A stretch of DNA of 64,000 nt from assembly GCA_000165345.1 (NCBI GenBank), contig CM000435.1:640001-704000 (forward strand), in the 5' to 3' direction. Shown piece by piece: positions 30,061 to 38,302 of the stretch (positions are counted from its first letter, which is position 1; each line of letters begins with the position of its first letter). The notes under the pieces are model-generated. The model ran no database searches, had not been told where the DNA came from, and worked only from the letters and a program-made list of their open reading frames with translations. The translations under genes were made by a program, and so were the position numbers.

Positions 30061-32712
30061 TTACCATTTTTCTGTTATATTGCTATTCTCCCACTTCTCA
30101 CCCCAAGATTTTACCTTTTTAGACCAATTCCACATATCTCCCCATGAGTTTCCCCATTCATTACCGCTTCCATCTGTTGCATATTTATTAGCCCATTTTT
30201 CCATATACTCAGCATGTATTCCCCCATCTCCCATGGATTCATTTCCTATACCATAATATAATTCTCCCCATTCTTCACTCCATTCCTCGCCACTAATCAT
30301 TTTTTTCCCCTTCTTCGATGCACTCTTCTTACTGATATGATTTGTCGTGTCAATCTCTTCCCTCCATTCTTCTTTCCATAAATCTCCAACATTATTTTCC
30401 CCGCTCTTCCTTGCCCACTTCCATTTATTTTCGAAATCTTCTTTCCATTCTTCCTCCCATTTATCTCCGTAGCGATTTTCTCCCTTCTTCCATGCCTCTT
30501 TATATCCTGACCTTTCAGACCACCTTTCTGACCAACTTCCCTCATTATCAAAACCTTGTTTTACTGCCCACTGTTCTCCTGTATAGTCTGATTTACCAAA
30601 TTCATCTAAATACCAGTTCTCTCTACCTTTCCCTTGTTTTTTTGTATACAAATTTCCATTTCCGTCATCATTACAGGCTTCTTCCCATTCTTCAATTACT
30701 TCAGTCCGATTATCAAGATTATATTTTCTACCTCTCTTATTAACTATAAAATTTCCTGACTGATCTTGAAATTGATCTTCTGTCCAAACCTCAATTAATC
30801 CACTATCATCCATTAATTCCCAAGTGCATTTCTTTTTTAGTTTTTTTAAATGATCTTTGTTCCATTTTTCTTCCCATTTTATGAACCTATTGTTATCATG
30901 CTTCCTATCTATTCCTTTTTTATAACCATGTTGATTCAAACCATCGGTTTCCCAAGTGTCAGAGTATTCCTCAAACTCAGATAAATACCATGACTCAGTA
31001 TTTTCAATGTATAAGTGCTCATTTTGTGGTATTGAATCTACAACTTTTTCATCCAATATTTTCGAATCCTTATCATAGTTAGATTCCAGTTTTAACTGTA
31101 TTGTTTTCTTTTCCCCCCACTTTTCGCCATTTTTTTTTGTCCACCATTTATCTGTAAACAGCTTTGTTCTTATTATTTTCTGATTTATTTCGCTTCTTTT
31201 GAGGCTTTCATTCCAATTTTCAGACCATGTCTCTCCTGTTGCAAATCTTTCGCCTCTTTTTTCTCCTCTCCTAATAATTAAATCTGGTAATTTATCTTCA
31301 TCTAGATCATTAAATTGCGACTCTTCATTACATTCTTCTCTAAAAACTTCAGCTCCGTTATTATACCAATTTTCTTTTACTATCTGAATTTTCTTTCCTA
31401 ATGAAGTTTGATCAACGACCTCTGTAAACTTTTCTCCCCAAGAATTTTGTTCTCCAACTTTCTCCCAATTTTTCTCAATGTATTTTTCTCGTTTCAATCC
31501 TCCTTGTTCCTTTTTATTTTCCCATTTAACTTTAAAGCTTTCATTATTTGATTTAGAATAACCTATTTTTTCTCCCCATTGTATTTCATCATTTTCATAC
31601 CAAATATCATATTCTTTTGATCCATCAATTTCTTCAAACCAAACTTCATGTAATTCTGTGTTATCTTTATCGCCATATTTTCTGCCTTTTTTATTTCCAT
31701 GGCTATCTATTTCAATGCATTCACTCCAAGACTCCGAATATTTGATGTCATCAACTGAATTAGTAGGGCATAATCCATCAAAAGTTAGATTGCTCGAGCT
31801 GTGTCCAGAAGAGATTGCTTCAATATCAAAGGTTTCATTTTCTCCACCATATCCTTTGTAATACTTGGAATATATAATTTCTGAATTGTCTTTGAAAACT
31901 TTTTTTCTTTTAGAATAAAAATAGGGGTATTTGTTAGACCCATTAGAAATTCCCCTTTCCTCGTATAAGATTATATTATAATCATCATAGAAATCATTTG
32001 ATTCTTTCCATTCTTTTTGATCTGATATTATTTTTCCATATTTATTATTCCTAACTAATTTCCAGCTGAGCTTATTCGGATTCGAGTAAATATTTATCGA
32101 GTCAAAAATAAACTCAGAATCCTCAAACCATACCTTTAATACTCGCGAATTATTTTCACAAAGTTGTTGAACAAACTTTCTAACAAACAGTTTTCTTCCT
32201 CTTCTAAACCACTTTTCTTTCCATCTTCTGTTTTTTTTATAATCTACACCAATTAATTGGCCGAGTGATGCTCTATTGCAATTTTCAAACTTTTCACATA
32301 GAGACAAACTCTGTTCATTACTATTTTCTCTTAATTCATTTTTTAAACACTGAAAATTAATATTATTTGGTGATTCGTCTTCGCTATAAGGCATTTGGGA
32401 AATATTTGAATCTTTAGGAATATTTCTCTGTTCAATCCATTCTTCTTTCCAACTTTTGTCCCTTGCTTCTTTTTTCCCCCATAAAAGACCTTCATCGTTT
32501 CCTTCCCAAGTTTCAATGTACTCATCATTTTCGAGAGTTTTTTTTTCTCTGGAATTGAGTGACAGGTTTAATTCATCTTTCAATTCATCGTCATAGTTTG
32601 AAAAGTATAAACGGTCACCAAATGTTGATCTAATATTGTCATTAAATAATTGTTGTTCATTTTCAGCCGTCGAAATCGAGCTACGAAGGCTTTGAAATTT
32701 TGAAAATTGCAT
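30061..32712 (-). CDS. tryptophan-rich acidic/basic tandem-repeat protein, 883 aa, no known family assigned
   Basis: Uninterrupted minus-strand ORF. More than 30 degenerate repeats of the form G-x-(K/E)-W-x-E-(K/E)-W (for example GDKWEEEWKEDFENKWKW, GEKWGEKK, GNEWGNSWGDMWNWSKKVKSWGEKWENS) spread over the entire length. No signal peptide is obvious. Confidence 0.55.
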   Translation of the reverse strand: MQFSKFQSLRSSISTAENEQQLFNDNIRSTFGDRLYFSNYDDELKDELNLSLNSREKKTLENDEYIETWEGNDEGLLWGKKEARDKSWKEEWIEQRNIPKDSNISQMPYSEDESPNNINFQCLKNELRENSNEQSLSLCEKFENCNRASLGQLIGVDYKKNRRWKEKWFRRGRKLFVRKFVQQLCENNSRVLKVWFEDSEFIFDSINIYSNPNKLSWKLVRNNKYGKIISDQKEWKESNDFYDDYNIILYEERGISNGSNKYPYFYSKRKKVFKDNSEIIYSKYYKGYGGENETFDIEAISSGHSSSNLTFDGLCPTNSVDDIKYSESWSECIEIDSHGNKKGRKYGDKDNTELHEVWFEEIDGSKEYDIWYENDEIQWGEKIGYSKSNNESFKVKWENKKEQGGLKREKYIEKNWEKVGEQNSWGEKFTEVVDQTSLGKKIQIVKENWYNNGAEVFREECNEESQFNDLDEDKLPDLIIRRGEKRGERFATGETWSENWNESLKRSEINQKIIRTKLFTDKWWTKKNGEKWGEKKTIQLKLESNYDKDSKILDEKVVDSIPQNEHLYIENTESWYLSEFEEYSDTWETDGLNQHGYKKGIDRKHDNNRFIKWEEKWNKDHLKKLKKKCTWELMDDSGLIEVWTEDQFQDQSGNFIVNKRGRKYNLDNRTEVIEEWEEACNDDGNGNLYTKKQGKGRENWYLDEFGKSDYTGEQWAVKQGFDNEGSWSERWSERSGYKEAWKKGENRYGDKWEEEWKEDFENKWKWARKSGENNVGDLWKEEWREEIDTTNHISKKSASKKGKKMISGEEWSEEWGELYYGIGNESMGDGGIHAEYMEKWANKYATDGSGNEWGNSWGDMWNWSKKVKSWGEKWENSNITEKW

Positions 32713-32774
32713 TAATATTTTAGAAAAATTTTAATAATATTAAATATAATTTAACATGTAAATCTGCTATTTCT

Positions 32775-32795
32775 AAAAAAAAAAAAAAAAAAAAA
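32775..32795. repeat. poly(A)21 homopolymer tract in the intergenic spacer upstream of the W-rich repeat gene
   Basis: 21 consecutive A read directly from the sequence; appears as poly(T) on the minus strand relative to the flanking genes. Confidence 0.95.
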
Positions 32796-32877
32796 TATAA
32801 AAAAGAGCGATATAGACAATTCGAGCTTCAAGTAAAAGATTAATTTAGATACGAAGTAATAATTACCAAATAAATTC

Positions 32878-35271
32878 TTATTCGAAATTAAACTTCTTGG
32901 AGTGGTTAGTTGAACCGAATATACTACTTTCATCAATTTTCGATAGTGCTTTGTCAAAATAACTAATTCTAGCAGCATAATCATTGGATTTATCAAGCAG
33001 AAAAAAATTATCACTTTTAGAATTAGGAATTTTTAAGTGAATAGATGGCTCAAAATCTTTACCAGTGCTTATTATATAAAATATACGTTGGTGTTCTCTT
33101 GAAATAAATTTCATTGAATTTACAAGATAGTAAATTGAGAGCCAAAATAATTTTGGTACGCTTTGTCTTACAAATTCTCTTTCAGCAATAATCAAAGCAA
33201 TTGTTTCTGAGCTAATTCCCTTACAACTGAACAAACAGCCGTTCATTGGCAATTCTCCTAATAATAAAGACAAATATTTATCAAGTTTTGAAACTAATAC
33301 TTGCATGTCTTGGGCTTTACCCGTCTGACAATTGATTTTTGTTTTCAAAAAATTATTTAAAATAATTTTTCTCTCAATTCCATGAATAATTGGGAAAATA
33401 AGATCAATTAACTTGGTTTTTCTTATAAAAAATTTAGATTCGAAATATTCTTTCTCATCTTCAAAATTTGAAACAAAATCTTTTAAACTATAGATTTCTC
33501 CTTGACTCATTCTTTTTGTGATGAAATATTCAAACTCTGTGAGCAAAGAAGGCAGCCCGGCCATTGTAATTTTAATTAAATTGCAAATATCTTGACTAAA
33601 ATTTAATTTTTTGATTAGAATTAAATCCAAACATTTGTTTTTTTTTTCGAAGTTACAAAAATCAATCATACAATAAACATTCTTGTTAATAATAATATTA
33701 AGATCAACAGCTGTCTTAACCTTATGAAATAACTCTTGGAATTTACCTGAAGCAAAGAGAATATATTTATCATCTATTTGCGAAATATTGATATTAGTTG
33801 TCATATTTACTTTATTTTCGCATTGAAATTTCCTAGAAATGGGTAAAGGTATAATTGGATTACGATTAATTATCACTAGATTAAACAAATTTCTTTTCAG
33901 AGTTGTAGAAACGCAGCCACTTTCAGGCGATCGCTTGGTTTCATTTATTTGTTTAATAAAGTCATTTCTTGGAATACCTTTATTGCAATTTCTACTTTTC
34001 ATTTTGGATAAGTTTATGATAATAGCAGCTGAGGGTATATCATTGATTCCCAATAAAATACTACCAAAATTTAAAGAATGATATACTTCTTGTAATAGCT
34101 TAAAACTATTCCTTCCGACAGGAGATGTCAGAGGAAATAACTTAATAGCAGTTGGACTCCAGTGAGAAGGCACAAAACCTATAATTTTCATAGAAATGTT
34201 ATCAACTAACCTATCCCATCCTTTTTTTTGAAACTCATTTTCCATAATTGCGATAATATTCTCCTGTTCTACCACCTCTCCTTCCTCTGAGTCAGATAAA
34301 TCTGTCGGGTCAATCTTTCTATCGATATACTCGTTGTAAGCATTTTTGTCCACATATTTCAATAAATAATTGTTTTTTTCTGCAAATAGTGTTAATATAG
34401 TATTTCCACCGAAGAATAGGTTTGAAAAATCTAACCTTAAAGTTAATAAGTTCAGCGAATTTGCAATTATTACATCAGAATAGCTCAGTAAACATCTTGA
34501 ATCTACACAAGATATTTTAATTTGATGATTACTTTGATTCGTAATAATAGTTGGTCTTTTATCACTACTTATAGAAAGAAGTACTTTAGAATATTTAATT
34601 ATTAAAATCAAATTGATTTTTATATTTCTTAGGTTGAAAAATTCTCTCTGTAAGTCATTAAAGCAAATGCTCAGTAACCCTTCAATAATTTTAATTGGCA
34701 TTGCATCATCTTCAGTTGATTCAAAAGATGAGTTAAATTCCATATTATTTTCCGGAATTATACTCCAAATAGTAATATTTTTATTTTCGTCACCGCATTT
34801 CTTTATGATGTTTCGTAAAATACTTACAAAGTTGACATTCAGTTGGCTATTAAATATTTGTTCAGTGTTTTGATGGGATTTTTTTTTTATTTCATTTTTA
34901 GTCATATTGGAAGAAATTTTTTCGAATTCCTTATCCGACTTTAACCATATATCAATTATAGACTGGTAAATTTGTCTGGAACTTAAGCATTCATCAATTT
35001 TATACAATTTTTCGTTTAATCTACTGGAGACAAAAAAGCCAAGCTTTCGCAAAAAAGTGTTAATTTGAAATTCATTGGAAATTATTCGAGAGAATACTCT
35101 AGATAAACTATCAATTGTTCTGTCATTGCAAGAAACAAATGGATATATAAGGTTATGCGAGTATCTTTCGAGGGTTTGATTATTGATTCTTCCTGAGATT
35201 AAATCGCTTTTAAGAAGTACCCAGTTTATTGGGGGGTGGTATTGTACAATGTGGACTTCATTCCCTATCAT
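32878..35271 (-). CDS. hypothetical protein, 797 aa
   Basis: ATG at 35271, long ORF, no assignable motif. Confidence 0.5.
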   Translation of the reverse strand: MIGNEVHIVQYHPPINWVLLKSDLISGRINNQTLERYSHNLIYPFVSCNDRTIDSLSRVFSRIISNEFQINTFLRKLGFFVSSRLNEKLYKIDECLSSRQIYQSIIDIWLKSDKEFEKISSNMTKNEIKKKSHQNTEQIFNSQLNVNFVSILRNIIKKCGDENKNITIWSIIPENNMEFNSSFESTEDDAMPIKIIEGLLSICFNDLQREFFNLRNIKINLILIIKYSKVLLSISSDKRPTIITNQSNHQIKISCVDSRCLLSYSDVIIANSLNLLTLRLDFSNLFFGGNTILTLFAEKNNYLLKYVDKNAYNEYIDRKIDPTDLSDSEEGEVVEQENIIAIMENEFQKKGWDRLVDNISMKIIGFVPSHWSPTAIKLFPLTSPVGRNSFKLLQEVYHSLNFGSILLGINDIPSAAIIINLSKMKSRNCNKGIPRNDFIKQINETKRSPESGCVSTTLKRNLFNLVIINRNPIIPLPISRKFQCENKVNMTTNINISQIDDKYILFASGKFQELFHKVKTAVDLNIIINKNVYCMIDFCNFEKKNKCLDLILIKKLNFSQDICNLIKITMAGLPSLLTEFEYFITKRMSQGEIYSLKDFVSNFEDEKEYFESKFFIRKTKLIDLIFPIIHGIERKIILNNFLKTKINCQTGKAQDMQVLVSKLDKYLSLLLGELPMNGCLFSCKGISSETIALIIAEREFVRQSVPKLFWLSIYYLVNSMKFISREHQRIFYIISTGKDFEPSIHLKIPNSKSDNFFLLDKSNDYAARISYFDKALSKIDESSIFGSTNHSKKFNFE

Positions 35272-35390
35272 TATTTATCAATTATCCCATCATGAAAAAA
35301 AAATTAAAGATACAATTAGAAAAATCGATTTAACATTAGGACTAAAAAAATTTTAACCGGATTTTTTTTTCAAAAATAGCGGGTATACTA

Positions 35391-35921
35391 TTAATCAGAA
35401 GGCCTATTTTGCAAAGCTTGCTGTTTAATTCTTCTATTATATTCTGCTCTATTATTTGAGTAAAGCTGATACGACTCAGCTTGAGCTGGGGATTTAATAT
35501 TTGGGTTATCTAAAAGATCTTGGATACCTAGCAAAATCTGTTTCATGGTAATTGAGGGTTTCCAATCTTCATCTTCATTTAGAATAGAAAGGCAAACCGT
35601 ACCTGAAGGATATATGTTAGGGTGAAACAGTGGTGGTTGAAAAATACACTTAGGAGGTTTTGCAGGGTAATCTTCAGGGAATGTTACATTTAGCGTATAT
35701 TCACCATTTTCCCAGAGAGTCTAGCATTATAGAAGTAAGAATGATTTTAATTAACAAATTAATTAACTTACCCCACTTTTACCCGGAATCTTGCATATCC
35801 ATTTCATCATATCTTGGCCTTCTCCATCCTCAGATGGAGCATATTTTGCAGAGAATCCAACTGGATGGTCCTTTCGCCATTCTGCTCTTTCTTGAGCAAT
35901 TCTCTTCCTCGAAAAACTCAT
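35391..35921 (-). CDS. UBC9: SUMO-conjugating enzyme UBC9, 2 exons: complement(join(35391..35720,35772..35921))
   Basis: Absent from the ORF track. Exon 1 [50 protein letters not shown], a 51-nt intron (GTAAGT...GCTAG), then exon 2 [84 protein letters not shown]... This is near-identical to UBC9/UBE2I ([60 protein letters not shown]). Confidence 0.9.
35721..35771 (-). other. intron, UBC9, 51 nt, GTAAGT...TAG, phase 0 (minus strand)
   Basis: Minus-strand GGG|GTAAGTTAATTAAT...TATAATGCTAG|ACTCTC joins IPGKSG to TLWENG, matching UBC9 IPGKKGTPWEGG. Confidence 0.85.
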
Positions 35922-36087
35922 TCTAGTAATTATCTTCGAAATAAATACAATTCATTAATTTAATTCTTACATATGTTTGTTTTCCCGGAATTTATTGGGC
36001 GATACGTATAGTTATTTTTATATTGGACAAAAAAAAAAGAAAAATCGAACAGAAATTAATGATTCAAAAACTAGACTAATAATGCCG

Positions 36088-38109
36088 CTAATACACTAAT
36101 AATAAGATATTAATTATAAGGCATATTCCATAATATGTTTTTTTCAAAAAAATATTGTATTCAGTAGATTTTTTTTGCGGTTTATTTATTTCTCCTGGAC
36201 CAGTAAGTAACAATTTATTTCCTGTGCATTTATCAGGCAAAGATTCTGATGAAACTTGACGGATAATACCAGGGTACCAAAACATGTCACACGAATCTGC
36301 TGAAACATTCATAAAACCACCAATTCCCCATGACACTCCCCAACTATTTTGTATTACATAATATTTATCGCCATTGTCATTTATTCCATACCCGATCATA
36401 ATTACTGCATGGTTCAGTTCAGAGTGAGTTGTGCATTTTGGTGCCTTATAAATTCCATCTGAATAGCTGCTAAAACCGGGTAAATTAGAATTAATACTTA
36501 ATGAAATTGACCCAACTTTCGGAAGTATTGTTGTCACAAAATCCCAGCCATCATCACCATTTAATGCAAGGCCAGTAAAAACATTATATTTGCTAATAGT
36601 TAAACAACCATTGCAAGCACTCGCCTTGCAACTACTAATTGAGTCGATATAAGGGTATTCATTCCAAGAACAAATGTAATTTCTCGGGACGTTTTGTTCA
36701 AGCAAGTAACTCCAACCATTCGAATAAAATCCGCCATCGCATCCTAAATTCCCAAAACTCATGCTGCAATCAATTATTTGTTGAGGAGATAGCGGCGCAG
36801 GCAGTACCAACTTTTGTATACAATTTGAAATACTTATTGATGCACTAACAACAAATGCATAGCATCCACCGCATTTACCCTGATCAAAAGGTATATATAC
36901 ACAGGAACCTCCATTTACATCGCGCGAATCAAAATATATATTTTTATTTGTTATCTCGCCAGTTTCATTAACTCCGTTACCAGCGTTCGAATTTTCTGTA
37001 TTCAACTCCTTTAAGATTTCATTTCCACTGCTGTGCGTGGGCTCAAGCTTTTGTACAGATCTACCTAACAGATTTTCAGATTGTATCTCTTTTCCTTCCG
37101 CAATAGATTCTTTCCAGCTATATCCGGTTACTTTATCCCCTAAATTCTTTGGAATAATTAATTTGGAAGGGGGGCGATCAAGCGATAATTGAGTCAATTC
37201 AAATCTTGCTTCTGGATTTGACTTGATTGCTGAAATAATCTCCTGAATTTTTATATTACAAATTTCTAAGGAAGATCTGTTCAGTCCTAAATTTGATTGA
37301 ACTTCAGAAACAAATATGCAGATACAATCTATAATTGATTGACTATTATCTTGATTATTTGTCAAATTTAATAGATTCATGGGACTTGAATTAATATTTG
37401 GAGTATCCAACAATCTGTCCATCCACGTGGTATTTGTTCTATAAATAGAGTTAAAAAACACCTCAGGTTGAATAATTATATCAAGGTGATTGTCCATTTT
37501 TCCAGAATTAGTTGCAATATTGATTTTAATTGTAGTATTTACAACTCTCTCATTCTCAGCTTTCAAGATGCTAGTAGAATTGTTATTTAAACCCTCATTT
37601 TCAAGCTCACGAGTCTTATTAAATAAGTAAAAAATCAAAGAGATCTTTTGAAGATATTTGTTCAGCTTCTCGTATTTACTTATACATTGATGAACATCAA
37701 TGGAAAAATTGAATACAAATGGATCGAAAAACTTAGAAGTCAAATTATCTTCTTCAACTAAACTATTATTTTTCTGGAAATCTTTTTCTATGAAATTTTC
37801 AGTGCGATGATCTACTAGTTTAGTGGAGCTTTGACTAGAATAGTTATTTGGAGAAAATATTTCAGTATTTGTTTCGTTTTTTTTTCCAATTAGTATGGAG
37901 TGGTCATCTTTTTCTTGCTTCAACGTACGACTCACACCGGATTCATTACCGTTCATGGAGTGGTTTCCATTATGTAATAAGTTACCATTTATTTTTGTGA
38001 TAATTGAGAGAAAACTAATAAAATTGATAAATACAATGAACTTATTCCATTTTCTTCCACATGACTTATTTGGAATTTGCAGGTCTTTCTCTGTGAACCC
38101 AATTTGCAT
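36088..38109 (-). CDS. papain-family (C1) cysteine protease with ~400-aa N-terminal extension, N-terminal signal/anchor and C-terminal hydrophobic tail
   Basis: The C-terminal ~270 aa carry the C1 catalytic motifs: QGKCGGCYAF (Cys; Ser to Gly variant of CGSCWAF), GCDGG, NHAVIMIGYG (His) and NSWGVSWGIGG (Asn/Trp). N-terminal hydrophobic segment FIVFINFISFLSIITKI. C-terminal GICLIINILLLVY. Start set to the first ATG (38109); the track start at 38145 is TTG. Confidence 0.8.
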   Translation of the reverse strand: MQIGFTEKDLQIPNKSCGRKWNKFIVFINFISFLSIITKINGNLLHNGNHSMNGNESGVSRTLKQEKDDHSILIGKKNETNTEIFSPNNYSSQSSTKLVDHRTENFIEKDFQKNNSLVEEDNLTSKFFDPFVFNFSIDVHQCISKYEKLNKYLQKISLIFYLFNKTRELENEGLNNNSTSILKAENERVVNTTIKINIATNSGKMDNHLDIIIQPEVFFNSIYRTNTTWMDRLLDTPNINSSPMNLLNLTNNQDNSQSIIDCICIFVSEVQSNLGLNRSSLEICNIKIQEIISAIKSNPEARFELTQLSLDRPPSKLIIPKNLGDKVTGYSWKESIAEGKEIQSENLLGRSVQKLEPTHSSGNEILKELNTENSNAGNGVNETGEITNKNIYFDSRDVNGGSCVYIPFDQGKCGGCYAFVVSASISISNCIQKLVLPAPLSPQQIIDCSMSFGNLGCDGGFYSNGWSYLLEQNVPRNYICSWNEYPYIDSISSCKASACNGCLTISKYNVFTGLALNGDDGWDFVTTILPKVGSISLSINSNLPGFSSYSDGIYKAPKCTTHSELNHAVIMIGYGINDNGDKYYVIQNSWGVSWGIGGFMNVSADSCDMFWYPGIIRQVSSESLPDKCTGNKLLLTGPGEINKPQKKSTEYNIFLKKTYYGICLIINILLLVY

Positions 38110-38302
38110 TCTAATAAATTTCTGTTCGGGAGGAGAGCAATACAAATTAAATATTTAAGTTATTTCGCCTTAATGGCAACTAAGAAACAATATTATTAAT
38201 TTCATGAAACATTTTAGCCCCACGCAATTAGCGTGTGCATAGATGATGCCGCCAGAAAAAAAATGGTTAGGTCTGCAGAAAAATTCAGGAAAAAAAAACT
38301 AT

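Noticed and set aside
30297-30743. Overlapping ORFs 30297..30551 (-) and 30342..30743 (+) within the W-rich repeat gene
   Set aside because: They are alternative-frame or antisense readings of a purine-rich repetitive coding region. The K/R/G-rich or S/L/P-rich products are compositional artefacts.
35660-35926. 88-aa plus-strand ORF from the track
   Set aside because: It overlaps UBC9 exon 1, which is near-identical to UBE2I, on the opposite strand. The + frame has no homology and starts at a non-ATG codon.
38205-38265. Possible U6 snRNA or box C/D snoRNA (GCGTGTGCATAGATGATGCCGCC ... CTGCAGA) in the papain-gene upstream spacer
   Set aside because: It only loosely resembles the reverse complement of the U6 ACAGAGA-to-AUGAUGA region, with many mismatches. 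The C box reads UGAUGC rather than UGAUGA, and no terminal stem is present. Not supportable.
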